From Piromyces finnis finn (lineage: Eukaryota > Fungi > Neocallimastigomycota), in NCBI GenBank assembly GCA_002104945.1, contig MCFH01000043.1, positions 62,001 through 126,000 on the forward strand: a stretch of DNA of 64,000 nt, given 5' to 3'. Numbering within the stretch: the stretch's first letter is position 1; each line of letters begins with the position of its first letter. The notes beneath the pieces are model-generated. The model saw only the letters and a program-made list of their open reading frames with translations, ran no database searches and had not been told where the DNA came from. This document shows, one piece after another, positions 10,614 through 24,999 of the stretch. The position numbers were made by a program, and so were the translations under genes.

Positions 10614-12169
10614 AATAAATTTAAATATATTATTTTTCGAATAATATATAGTTAATATATGATTTAAAAATTAATATTAAACTAAATTTTGGTGAAAAAT
10701 CAACATTCATTAATATAATAGTTATTATATAAAAAAAAAAGGAGAATCTTATGCTTTTCCCTTTTTTTTTTTATTCTTTAATAATATTATTTATTTATAT
10801 ATATTATTACCATGAACTTTATTATTATTAGAACTAATGTAAATTAAAAAAAAAAAAGTCTAAAATAAAAAATTATAAATATTATTTTATTGATATTCTA
10901 TAATATTTTCAAAATCTTATTCCTAATGAAATATATATTATTATCTTGGATACATTTAATATTAATAATTTTGATATTTATAAATATATATATTTTACTT
11001 TTATTTAAAATACTTGCTAATAAATGTTTGTATTATAAAAAACAAACTACTATTTAGTGATGTTTTGTTAATTCAATTAAATATAATAAATTGTTTTTTT
11101 TTTGTAAGCAAACTAATGTTTTAGTCAATATTGAAATTGAATATAAATAGAATAACATTACTAAAACATATACAAAATATTATTCTAAGTATTAATATTT
11201 CCAAAAAAAAAAAATAAAAATAAAATAATTTATTAAAACATCTTTTTATATTAATTTATTATTAAAATTAATATAAAATAATGGAAAATTATCTTTTACA
11301 TTTTACACTGATGGATACAAAGTGAAGATTAAAAATTGAAAATATGAAATTAAATATTTAACAGACCTTTAAATTATTATTATCTAAAAAAAAACAAAAA
11401 AAAACAAAAAAAAAACAAAAAAGCATTTAATTAAAAAAAATAGCATTATTCCTCTTTTTGTTTTATTTTTAAATTTTTTTTTATATAACAAAATAATCTT
11501 TTTGGTATATACCTATTTCTCTAAAGAATTGATATTTATGTATAATTTATCATAAATAAATTTTTTGATAAGTAAAATGATATTACTTCAAGCAATGATA
11601 CATATTAATTTAAGAACCATTCAGATCTACTTTGAAATAAGTAAAATTTAAAAGAAATTATATTTTAATATTAATTAATGATTATTCTAACATACAACAA
11701 CAATAATAATAATAATAATTAGAATAATAATAATAATTAGAATAATAATAATAATTAGAATAATTTAATAGATAGTAAACTGTTAATACTTCTTTTTTAA
11801 ATAATTTTATTTTATTTTATAAAATTATACATTATTTAAATTATCAAACTGAAAAGTAGTTTTATTATTATATATAAAGAATAATATGCTATTTTATTAT
11901 TTTTTAAAGTAATTATCCTTTTGATAAATATTATAATAATTCAAACATTTTTTTATTTTTACTTTTTGTTTTGTAAATTTTAAACTTATAATTTTTTTAA
12001 AGAAATATATTATTAAATACATTAAATATACATTATTATAAATGATATTAAATCATTTTGATTTTAACCAATAATATTTATGAATATTAACTTTTAACAT
12101 TTTATTTTTGGTGATGTGATAATAACCTTAATAAGTTTTATTATTAATAAATAATAGAAAAAAAAAAAA

Positions 12170-13548
12170 ATGTCTCTTTCATTAACAAAATCATTAGTTA
12201 AACTCTCTACTTCTACTAATGCCTTATCTGCATTAAGTAATAATTTAAATAAATTTAATTTTAGTACAACTACACCAAATCATTTCCTTTTTGGTAAAAA
12301 GTCAAAGAATTTTGAATTTAAAAAAGTTCAAATTCCAAATGCTTCTTGGAAGAAAGGAATCATTCAAAAGATTCCAACTGGAAAAACCAATTCATATGAA
12401 CCAAAAGAAATGAATAATATGTTAAGATTTGCTTTAGGAACTGTAAATATGTTTATATATACTACATTGATAAAACTTTTGATTATTATTTGATTTTTTT
12501 TTTTAAAAAAAAAAAACACTTTCTAATATTTAAAAATATAATTAAGAAAAGTTATTTATTCAATAATGTTATGTTGATTTGTTAAATTTGATATATATAA
12601 ATTATAAATTAATATTAACAATTATAATATTCGATGTTAAATAAATTTATTCTTTTCAAATGTTAATATATATATATTTCAATTAAATTTTAATCATTTA
12701 TTTAAAATTTAATATATCGATTAATGTATAATTCATTTCTTACTCACATTTTTATATATAAATCTATTTTTCATTTTAATTTATAATAAATATATATAAT
12801 TTTTATTTTAAAGTTACCAAGTTCTACAAATTTGATTTCAACTGTTTCAGCTGATGGTGTTGCAAATACTGCTCCATTTGCCTTTTGTCATTGTGTTTGT
12901 CCAAATCCACCAACTATTTGTATTACTGTTCATAAGAAACCAGATGGCTCTTTAAAAGATACTCAAGTTAACATTGAAGCCACAAAGGAATTTGGTGTTA
13001 GTGTTGTTAGTGATTGGTTTTTCGAGTAAGTAATGCAATTTAATACTATTAAAATATATACATATTTCACATATCCCAATTATCCTTTAAATCATTTAGT
13101 AAATAAAAAAAATAATATATACATTTAATTAAAAAGTAATTTGAAATAAAATTATTAACGTTTATATTTATATAAACATTAAAAAAAAAAAAAAACTAAT
13201 TTTAATTTAAGATCTGCAATTTCAACCAATGCTAATCTTCCACCAGAAGAAGATGAATTCGAAAAGATTGGTTTAACAAAAATGCCATCATCTGTTATTA
13301 AGGCACCATTAGTTGCTCAAAGTGCTGTTAGTTTCGAATGTAAAGTTGTTGATAGTAAACAATTTTGTGATGAAAATGGCAATGAAACTTCTATTGCTTA
13401 CTATGGTCAAGTTGTTAAGGTTCATGCTAATGAAGATATTTATGATAATAAAACCGGTGAAATCAACTATGAAAAATTCAATTTAATAACTAGAGTTGAT
13501 GGTCACTATTCAAAGGTTAACAATATTATTGAGGTTGAAATGAACTAA
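12170..13548 (+). CDS. Flavin reductase-like FMN-binding protein (COG1853-type) with an organellar presequence; 3 exons
   Basis: Exons 12170-12442, 12814-13025 and 13212-13548 have GT-AG borders and join in frame. Motifs: LISTVSADGVANTAPF, KDTQVNIEATKEF, EFEKIGLT…KAPLVAQSAVSFECK. Confidence 0.88.
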
Positions 13549-15233
13549 AAAAAAAAAAATACTTTTTGTTTATAAATTATTATAATTATAAAAAAAATAA
13601 AAAATAAAAAAATATGATTACGAAATATGTATATGTATGTTAAATATTTATAAATAAAATAAAAAATACAATAACATATAAAAATATATATTTTAAAAGT
13701 CGAATAATGGGACGATAGTATAAATGAAATAATAATAATAATAAAAAAAAGCTTAAAAAAGCTTAATCATTATACTATTCAAAATAATAATAGAATCAAT
13801 GATCGTCATACGGAAAATCTTAAATAACTTTAAAAAATAAGTAAAAATATTATAAAGATAATGCTAATCATACTATTAATATTACTTAATGAATTTTATT
13901 ATACTAAATTCTTAACTATAGTTTTTATTCTTTTAATTTTACATATTTTTTTTAATGACAAAATATTTTAAATAATAAATATTATTTTTATATAAATACT
14001 AATTCTTTTTATCAAATATATAGCATCCATGAAATAGAAAAAATATATTTTTATCTTTCAAAATTTAAAATAACTATTTTGGTTATCGTTTTCATTAAAA
14101 TGATTAAATTTAGTAATAAAGAATTTTTAAATGTATCATTATTATTGAAATATTAAAATATATGGACTAATAAATAATTATGTTTATATATAGTATATTA
14201 ATATAATGAAATGCATGTATTCATTTAAGAAAAAAAAAAAAAATGAACAGAAAAGTAATTCATTATAATACGTTTTATGTAATAAATGTGTAATTTTGTT
14301 ATATATTTCATTTTGTTACAAAAATCTATATATTTCACCAATAATATGTAAAGCATATCATTAATGATAAGATTTTTTACTTTTTTTTAAAAAAAGTATA
14401 TTTTTTTAAAATTATAAAAATGTAGTTCAATATATTAATTATGGTATTATAATATATAATATTTCATTATAATTAATTCAATATCTTTTTAATTAAAACC
14501 ATACATCACACATTAATAAAATTATAAAAGTTTCATCAAAAGTATAAAGTATGTATAGAATTTTATAAATAATTAAATGATATTTATATAATATGTTATT
14601 ACTATAATTGAGATAATATATATTTAGTCAACATTATATAATTACAATTAAATAAATTTTATTAATAAAATTATATACTAAAGTAACTGGAATAATATTA
14701 CTATTTAATACTGATAGTAATTTTTTCTAGTCATAATAATTCATGCATTGGAATGTTGTATATAATTTAAAATTTTAATTTTAAACCTGTTTAATTATAA
14801 TAAAAAAGGAAATAAAAAACATTTTTTTAAAAAAAATAATTAATTTTAGATTTATATTAATATATGTATTCTCGATTGATTTAATTATAATCAATGTAAT
14901 CCAATATATAATGTATTTAATTTAATATATGTCGACAAATTATTTAAATTTAAAGTTAGTTCAAATTTAATATAATTCATGTAATTAAAATAAATTAAAA
15001 TATTCAAGAAAAAAATTTGAAAAAAGAAGTCGTCTTTAAATAAAATTAAGTTTTTTTCTTTAGATAAAAAGCAATAAGATTGCATTAAAAAGTAATAATT
15101 TACAAAAAAAATAAAGGATTTGTAAACTAATATGAAGCAATAAATACAAAAAATTAAAATAATTAACAATAGGTAAACGAAATAACTAATATTCATTATT
15201 TTAATATAACCTACTATATAGATAATAAAAGTA

Positions 15234-15273
<40 letters not shown>

Positions 15274-16322
15274 AGTAAAATTATATTATTAAATAAATAA
15301 AAACTATTACAACTAATTGCAATATATAACAAAAGTAGTATAAGAATAAGATTGAATATTTAAAATTAATTTTTTTTTTTTTTTTTTGGTTTACCTACTA
15401 ACTTTCGTTAATATTAATATATTATATATACTATTTTATTTTCTTTTATTAGTAACTTAGGCTTTAATAATGAAGAGATAAAATAAGTTATATTACATAA
15501 TTCATTAAAATATCCTTATAATGAAGCTTCTTACTTTTCAACAATATCAATTTAATTATTTATTGAAAAACAAATGTTAAACAATTTTTATATTACATGA
15601 AGTGAAATAATATATTCCAACCCCAGAATCAATATCTAACTATTATTATATAGGTAATTTTTCTTTTTATGTATTATTATTGAATATAAAAATAGTAAAA
15701 AAAAATATTTCTTTCTTTTCTTTTAAAAAATTAAAATTAAAAAAATTAAAAAATTTGAAATATTTATCGTTATTCAAGTTTAAACTATTTTCATTTTTAT
15801 ATTCTTAAGCTTAATAATACAGTTTTATATAAAAAAAAAAATATCATTTCACAGATTTTAATAGTGTGAAAAAATGTAATAATAATAAAATACAGAAAGA
15901 AATATTCGAAATTCAAATATCAAATATATTTAAAAAATTTTTAATAATGTATTATGATTTATTCGATTATTTGATTATACTATTAATGTATCAATCTGTG
16001 AATAATTCATAATATTATACTATTATATTTTGATATTAAATCTATTTGTTTTACTTTAATATTATCAATTTATTTAATTATATCTTCCTATCTATTATAT
16101 AAATATAGGTTAAAAGTACTTTCTCATAAAGAAAGTTAACATACAATTATATAAAAATAAAAATTAAAATATAATCTTAAACTAAAATTAATTAATGAAA
16201 TAAAATATAATTTCAATTAAAATAAAAAGAAAATTAAAAACAAAAACAAAAAAAATAACTACCAATACAAAAAAATATATACGAATACATATTTATATAT
16301 ATAAACATTATAAATATCAAAA

Positions 16323-17849
16323 ATGGAAAATAAATTAAGTCAAATGAAAAATATCATAGAAGTATCTTTAGTTGATAATCATTCTTCAATTTCATCAAAA
16401 AAGAGAAAAATTGAGAGAAATCAGATTTTTCCAAATGAAATTTTATTCAAAATTTTTAGTTACTGTGATATAGACACTCTTTTTCATTCTATTCCATATG
16501 TATCTTGGCAATGGAATACATTATTGACAAAAATGTCATTTGCTGGTCAAATTAATTTAAAAATATATGATGATGAACAGTTTAAAAAATTATATTCCAA
16601 ATCAAAGTCTTTTTTTTCTTCTCATTATAATAATCCATATGCTATGTCAAACACATCTTATGGTTATTCAGGATATAGTAGTTATGGAAGTTATGGAGGA
16701 TTGAGTAATTACGATAACTTTAGCAGTTATAGCAATTATAATAGTTATGGAAATTATGATGGTCATGGAAGTTTCAATGGATACGGTAATTTTAACGATT
16801 ATAATAGTAGTTATTATAGTTATGGTAATGGCACTTCTTCTTCTTTTGATGGCTATTCAATGAATTTCCACAGAAAAGATAAAGAAATTGCCGATGTGAA
16901 TGACGTATTAGAACCAAATTATCAAATTGAACTTTTAGATTCGAAACAATTTAATTCTGAAATTTCTATGCCAGTGATATTTCAGATTAATTTAGCATTA
17001 CCTTTGTCATTTATCATAGCCTCCGAGAAGGAAAGCAATACCGATAATTCATATGATGATTATTTTTCATATAATATAAGCGATAATGAAATTAATGAGT
17101 CATCCTCAACTTCATCAAATTCAAAAAAAAATAAAGAAACAAAATCAATTATGGATTTCAATTTAGAACCTATTCAGGATTATTTAGATGAAAAACAAAA
17201 AGAAATAAAACAATTTAGAGCTTTTTATTACATCTATGGTATTGAAATCTCCATTGATACAGATAAAGTAATTGTTGCACCAACAAATCAAAATAATAAT
17301 AATACAAGTGAAAATCAGACAACATCATCTTCTAATGAAACATTGTCTGCGCCAACTCATCAAGTTACTGGAATAAATAATAACACACAAAATGAATCTG
17401 AATCTTCATCAAATACTATTTCTAATTCAGTTGAAGTGGAAAATATAATTCCATCAACGGAGGAACAACAAAATAGCATAGGTTCTACTAATGAGACACA
17501 TGTTACTCCAACTAATCCAATCCATCCTGAGGATAGTCTACCAAATTCAACTATGATTCTTACTGAATTATTACTTGAAAAGTATAGATTTACTCCAGAA
17601 ATTTTAAAAATCCAAAATGTTCAGTGGTCTAATAAATTTGTTCATATAATTCCAAAAAGTGTAAAAAAGATTGAAATCAAATACCTGGGTAATCCGGATC
17701 CAGAAATATTAAAAGAGGGAACAAATTACCTTTATACTTTTATAAAAAACTTATCAATTAGTTCTTCTTCTATTTTGAGACCAAGAGCAAGAAGAACTAA
17801 TCGTCATTACTATTCATCTGTAAATAGAACATCTATTACAGTAAATTAA
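16323..17849 (+). CDS. F-box protein with G/S/Y/N-rich and S/T/N-rich low-complexity regions
   Basis: 508-aa ORF with an N-terminal F-box-like segment FPNEILFKIFSYCD…IPYVSWQWN. Confidence 0.75.
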   Translation: MENKLSQMKNIIEVSLVDNHSSISSKKRKIERNQIFPNEILFKIFSYCDIDTLFHSIPYVSWQWNTLLTKMSFAGQINLKIYDDEQFKKLYSKSKSFFSSHYNNPYAMSNTSYGYSGYSSYGSYGGLSNYDNFSSYSNYNSYGNYDGHGSFNGYGNFNDYNSSYYSYGNGTSSSFDGYSMNFHRKDKEIADVNDVLEPNYQIELLDSKQFNSEISMPVIFQINLALPLSFIIASEKESNTDNSYDDYFSYNISDNEINESSSTSSNSKKNKETKSIMDFNLEPIQDYLDEKQKEIKQFRAFYYIYGIEISIDTDKVIVAPTNQNNNNTSENQTTSSSNETLSAPTHQVTGINNNTQNESESSSNTISNSVEVENIIPSTEEQQNSIGSTNETHVTPTNPIHPEDSLPNSTMILTELLLEKYRFTPEILKIQNVQWSNKFVHIIPKSVKKIEIKYLGNPDPEILKEGTNYLYTFIKNLSISSSSILRPRARRTNRHYYSSVNRTSITVN

Positions 17850-18654
17850 TTATATTATTTATATTTATTGTTAAATACAAAGTATTTTAAATAGAGTAAA
17901 TAAATATGTTAGTTTCAAAAAAAAAAATTTAAACAAAATTATAATAATAATAAAAAAAAAAAAAAAAAAAAAAATTAAATAAATATATAAATAAAAAATA
18001 AAAACTAAACAAGCAACAAAAAAAAAAAAAAAACTAATATACTATAGGAACTATAAAAATAGTAAATATTAAAATTATTAAATTAATACAACTAAAAATA
18101 AAAATTCTTGTAAAAGCAATACTACTACTACAAAATTTATATAGTTAATATTTTATATATATTTTTTTAAATTATTTAAATACAAATAAAAATTATAAGC
18201 ATTGAAATAGGTCTATTTAAGAAGTTTAAATTTTTATTTTTTTAAAAATCTTTATTTATAAAATTAAAATGAATATATATATATAAATTAAAAAGTAAAA
18301 ATAAAAATGTCTTAATATTGATAATAATAAAAAGAAAAAGAAATGTTGTGTGAATAATTATTGAATAATTATTATATATATAACATAACTAATAGTAATT
18401 AAATATTTATTATGTGAAAAAAAAAAAAAATCAATAAATTTTTATTTTGTTAATTTTTTTTTTTTTACTGATTAAATATAGATAAATATAATATAAAAAT
18501 ATAAATAAATACATATTATTTATAAAGATGAATTTTTATCTCTTGTAGATATAATTTATTGGATTTGAATAAGTTAAATTATTCATAAATGAAATATAAA
18601 AGATTATGTTAATATTAAATATAAAAAAAGTTCTTATTTTTTTTTTATTATTAT

Positions 18655-21408
18655 TTAGCTATAATTTTGCATGTTATTCCATGAGAAATTTTGATTTAAG
18701 TTAATATTAGTATTGCTATTGTTATTGTTATTATTGTTATTATTATTGTTATTATTATTATTGTTATTATTATTGTTGTTATTATTGTTATTGTTGTTAT
18801 TATTGTTATTATTATTGTTATTATTATTAAAAAGATAGGACATTTGACCGTTCATATTATTCATACTGAAATTAAAATTGTTAAAACTATTCATATTATT
18901 CATGTTACTCATATTATTCATATTATTCATATTAACATTCATGTTCATGTTGTTCATGCTGTTCATACTGTTCATACTGTTCATACTGTTTATATTCATA
19001 TTATTTATATTCATGTTGTTCATATTCATGTTATTCATATTCATGCTATTCATGTTCATATTGTTCATATTCATATTACTTAAGCTCATATTATTCATAT
19101 TCATATTCATATTCATATTCATGTTCATATTGTTCATATTCATACTGCTCATATTGTTCATGTTTATATTATTCATACTCATGTTATTCATATTCATACC
19201 CATGTTATTTGTGTTCATATTCATATTCATGTTTATATTCATGTTATTGTTCATATTATTCATGCTTCCCATGTTGTTCATACTATTAAAATTATTGTAA
19301 TTCATTAAACTGGTATTATTATTGTTGTTGTTATTATTAGTAAAACTACTTTGATTCATCATATTCATAAAGTTATTCATATTGTTGTTCATATTATTAT
19401 TCATATTATTGTTTATATTACTATTTATATTATTCATGTTATTATTGAAATATGAATTCTATAAAGCATTTTTCGAAAATGTCATATTTATTTATATATT
19501 CGTTTATTATATATTTGTTGTATAAAAAAAAGAAAAAAAAAAAAAAAAAAAAAACATTGATATTATTAAGAAGGGATGATCTGTTAGTAAAATCATGAAT
19601 TTTTAATTTTTTTTTATTTTAAAAAATAATTTTTATTTTTCATTTATTAAAATAAAAATAAAAATTTTAAATAGACTTTTTTTTTTTTTTTTTTAAAATA
19701 TTTGAATATTAAAAATGTGATTTATATCTAATAGTTCTTATATTTTCTTTTTTTCTATTAGTAGTATATTTTATATATAAATATAAAATGAATTTTAATT
19801 TTTTTTAAATAATTATAAATTTATATAAATATCATTAAAAATAAAAGGAAAAATAAAAAAAAAAAAAGAATAAAAAATTCAAAGTCTAGGAAAAATAAAT
19901 ATGATGGTTTTTACTTACTTGATAGTTACTATTATTGTTTGAATTATAGTTATTAAAATAACCACCACCATAATTTCTATATTTATTATTATTATTATTA
20001 TTATTATTGTTGTTGTTGTTATTGTTATTATTAAATCTTCTATTATTTCTATTATTGTTTAGTGAATCTCCATAAAATTTTTGAGTGGCATCATTTCTGT
20101 GATTATAAGAATTTCCACTTCTACTATTATTATTGTAGTTATTATAATTATTATTGTTATAACCATAGTTATTATTATTATTGTATCCATTACGCATCAT
20201 CCTATTGGCTGCATCCATATTTAATTTATTTCTATTATTTTTTCCTCTTTTTCTTGCCATATATATATCATTTGGATTCAATACCGGTGCTGGTAGTTCA
20301 ACATTTGGTAATAAATGAGACTTGAAAACATAACCTTCTTCATAGGATGGGTTTGTATATATTGCACTGATTAATAAATTTAGTTGTAATAAATAAAAAA
20401 AAAAAGTATTGAAATTAATTATTTAATATTTTTTCAACTTTTCATCAATTTATTTATTTATTCATTTATTTATTGCTTTATAATATAATTAAATATTATA
20501 TACCCTATGGTTTGAATATCTTTAAGATCTGGTAAATCATATTCCTTTAATGGGGATATGAAAACATCTCCTGGTAAATAATAATTTTTCTTTAAAATAT
20601 CTAATGAACCGTTAAGATTTTTTGAGTTTTCTTTAGTTAATTCATATGTTTTCTGATATTTATGTTATATTTATATAAAATAGGATTTGATTTAGAAGAT
20701 TAATAATTTGAATTGTACTAAATTTAATATTTAAAAATATTTAGAGATAAATACTTTATTTTTGTAAAGAGATTCTATTGTTTCATATAATAAATTTGAA
20801 GAGTCAACATATAATATTTCATGACCTCTTGAATTTCTTTCTTTTTCTTCTTCGGTTAATTGTGGATAATATGGCTCTAATGCCTTTAAAAGTCTTTTTT
20901 CATCAATAAATGGAAGAAGGGCTACACCTAACCATGATTGCTTCTTTCCATTCATATCAATACGAAATTCTTCTGGATAATATTCTATAATACTTGAATC
21001 TGCATCAGTCATAAGGTGTCTAAATGCTTTTGGAATATGACTTCCACTAGCTGCCGGTAAGACACCCATTAGTTGTTCAAATGGCTTAAATGGCTCACCT
21101 AATTTAAATTTAATTTTAAATGACTTGACATTGCAATAATCAGAGGCAAATGGAGAGTAATGATATGGATAATACCACTATAAATTGTTTTTAATTATAA
21201 AAATATTAAAAAATATTTTATTTATTATTTTAAACTTTTATATTGCTTAAATTCGGTTATAATAATTTATTTTACATACATTCCATGATTGACATCCTTG
21301 ATAATAATATTTTAATACCCAACAGAGACCTTCAGTATAAGCTTCAACAACCCTATTATAAAACATATTATTGAAAACATTCATTAATTAATATTACACT
21401 TCAAGATC

Positions 21409-21447
<39 letters not shown>

Positions 21448-24400
21448 ATTGAAAAAAGTTATTCTTTTTTTAATATATTTATTTTATATTATTCTTATTT
21501 AAAAAAAATTATATTTACTTGTTTCTAAAATCAATATCGTCAATTTCAACACCAAATTTGTTTTTGTAGTAACGTTCTTTCCATCCTGCTTCCCATAATT
21601 TAATATCATCTTCTGGTTCTGGTTCACTATTTTCAGAATCATCTTCATCATCAATTCTTGGTTTTTTAATAGAAAGGGCTGAATCAGTTGATAATGAATA
21701 AGAAGTTGATGAACTATCATCACTATATTTTCTTTTATTTTCATTTAAATCATTTTGAGGTTTGAAATTATTGATTCCAGAACGAAGTTCTGCAGCAGCA
21801 GCTTGATTCCTTAAACGATTTGCTCTTTTTTGTGCAACAATATCTCTATTTTGCTCAGCAGAGGCCTTTAAACTTTCTTTTTTACGTTTTATAATTTCAC
21901 GATTTGATGTTATATTATTACCAAGTTCTATAAGTTCAGGTAAATTTTGATTTTCTATTGGACTTTCTTTTTCTTTTTCCTTATCTTTTTCTTTTCCCTT
22001 TTCTTTTTCTTTTTCCTTTTCCTTTTTACTTTTATTGTTATTTGAAGAATTTGGATTTTCTATAAAAACCTCATTCTGCTTTAATAAAACTGGAATATCA
22101 TCTCTTAAATCATCATCTCTTTTTGAATAATCAATTCTGTTTTTATTATATTTATCCATATAATCATCCTTGATTCCTAATTCTCTTTTTCTTTGATCAT
22201 GTCTTCTCTTTTTTGCCATTTCACGATAACGCTCTTCCTTTTTTCTTCTTTCACGGAAGGTTTGATCTTCAAGTTCCCCTAATTCAATCATGATTTCTTT
22301 AACGTGATCTAAATTAATTTCACCACTATCAGTAATATATCCTCCAAAAGATGGTAAAAGTCTTCTATATATTTTAATCAAAACATCAATAGCACCTTCT
22401 CTAATTTCTAGTGATGGTAGATGAGGTAAGAAATCATTACCAACAAAGAAACATAAAAATACCCAATCATCAATAATTCTTTCAACATCATATTGAAATG
22501 GTAAGTTATCTATTTTTAATTCTGCTTCCAAGTATTCTTTTAAAATATTGATGTGGAAAAATAAAAATGGCTTTGGTTTATCTTCAACTATTGAAGTCTC
22601 ATCTTCTATATAAATAAAAAATATAATATATATATTTTATAGTTAGTTAAAATTATAATAATAAAATTTAGTAATTCTTATTTTATTTTTATATGACAAA
22701 TATTTACGTCTTGTTGGATCAGCGTATTGATTACGATACTCATTTTTAGTTTGCTGATAAAATACATCTTCTCTAATAATTTTAAAATGTGGTTCATGAG
22801 TAGCCATACTAAGCATAATTAAATCCGCATCTAAACCATACATTACATGGTGAGTATTAGGGTCATATCCTTCAGAATTACGTTGTCTTCGGATGAAATC
22901 CATAATTTTATGTTCACCTTCTCCTGGAACACCTGCATCTGATAAAATAACTTTCAACTAATTTATAATAAGTGTTTTAAAAAATTAATTCATATATTAA
23001 AATATAAAATGTATCTTTATATCATAGTACTTACTCCTTTCCATCCTGGATTATTGTTTAATCTGTCATTTATATAATATTTAAGATATCTTGATAGTTT
23101 ATCCATAAATGGGGTACCTGGTGTAATACAATTCGAATCAAAATTTACTTTTTCTTTAGTTGGTTCTATTATAGTTTCTCCTCTTTTCTCCATTTCTTCT
23201 CTTTTACGTTCTTCTTCTTCATTTTTTTTAATGGCATCGAGAGCTGCACGAAAACGACGTGAACGTTGTTGATTCATTTTTGCACGTGGGGCAACACCAT
23301 CTATTATTTTTAATAAATAAATATGATAAATATTAATTAATTATATTTAATTTCATATATAAAGGTTCTATACAATTTACCAATTGCAAGATATAATAAT
23401 TTTCTTGGACGAACCATGTTCATTAATCTATCTATATATTTGAATACTTCAATAAGCATTTCTTCCTATATATATATATTATTATTATTATTTTTTTAAA
23501 AAAGGTATATTATTGATATTTAATATATTATCTATATAGATATGAATATTGTAAAATTGTTTATTAATGTAATACTTCTGTATCTGGCGCAGGCTATCAT
23601 AAATCATATTATTACCAATTTTTCATTATTCATATAAAAATATAGCAAAATAAGAAAATATATATAATATTAATAAGAATCTTAACAATTTTCCTTTTAT
23701 ATAGGTTAATTTCCTTTTTAAATCTAAATATTTCTATAATTTTTAATCGATAATACTAAAATGTATAAATATTTTTTAAGTATTAAATATATCTTTAATA
23801 TATGATAAAATATTTACATTTCATATTATTCTTTATATGTCATTATTAGTTATAAAGAATAAAATGAGAAATAAATATTATCAAAAGGAAATTTTAACTA
23901 TTGAAAAATACTTTTTATTATGACAATACCTTGTCTGTATTATTATATCCGAATGGAATATCAATATAATAATTTTATGAATTATTTTAAAAATATAAAA
24001 TATTAAACGATTATATAATAAATTAATATATTATTGTATTTAAATTACATTTAATAGTAATAAAAGTTTGTTGAAAAAAAAAAAAAAAAAAAAAAAAACA
24101 TTTTGCTTTAATATAAAAATTCATAATATATTTATTATTTAAAGAATTTTTATTTGCATTAAAATCTTATTTAACTTTATAAAACTTAAAATAAAATAAA
24201 GAATTATATATTTTATCTTACCCGCTTTTTATATTTAATAAAGTGGGAATCGATAATTAAAAAGCGAGTGAAAAATAAAAATATATTATTTATTATATTT
24301 TTATAGTATTAATTAATATTAATTTTTAAATTAATCATAAAATATTGAGTTTAAAATTTATTATATTGATTGATTAATCCAGTTTGTGTTTATTAAAAGA

Positions 24401-24999
24401 GGAGCATTAAGAAATAATCGAGAATATGGATGAATATTTATTTCCATTGTTAGATTAATTTTTGGATTATCATTATAGTTTTTAATCATTTCAAATTCAT
24501 ATAAATATTATATACGAAAAATCAAGAAAAGAACACATAAAAAAAGATTATTTTATTTAATATTTCCATTTTTTTTTTTCATAATAGATGCAATAAAATC
24601 ATTTTGTTAAAATGATAATATTATCAAATTTATATAATTTTATAAAAGAAAATTTTTTAGTATAAATTATGTTAAAATATATCATAAAATTTTAATTACA
24701 AATATGTAAAATAAAATTATTAGTAAAGTTATAATATCCAACATAATAATATTATAATTTAATCATTAATAAGAGTAATTTGATTATAAATATGTTGACT
24801 TACTTGGATGAGTACATGGATGAACAATACCATTCATATCAAGATATAAATTATCATTTTCAAATCCATTAGGATTCGGCTTTGATATATCTACTGGTAT
24901 TTCAAAACCATCAACGACTGATGCACTTTCTTCTATTGCCGCTGATATTAATCTTGGATATTTATTTGTTAAATAACGAAATAAGGCTGGAACACCCAT
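18655..24999 (-). CDS. XRN2: 5'-3' exoribonuclease 2 (Xrn2/Rat1), 13 predicted exons including micro-exons
   Basis: Motifs [84 protein letters not shown]. Frame-consistent exons: 24999-24804, 24224-24222, 23934-23930, 23593-23576, 23465-23381, 23300-23035, 22957-22708, 22605-21519, 21352-21280, 21177-20755, 20652-20504, 20366-19919, 19458-18655. Confidence 0.95.

Noticed and set aside
14891-15196. 101-aa hydrophobic ORF
   Set aside because: F/I/L/Y/N composition typical of chance ORFs in very AT-rich DNA, with no motif.
18844-20325. Plus-strand ORFs 18844, 18878 and 20062 (IHIH/FILF/YYY repeats)
   Set aside because: Antisense read-through of the XRN2 Asn/Met repeat exons.
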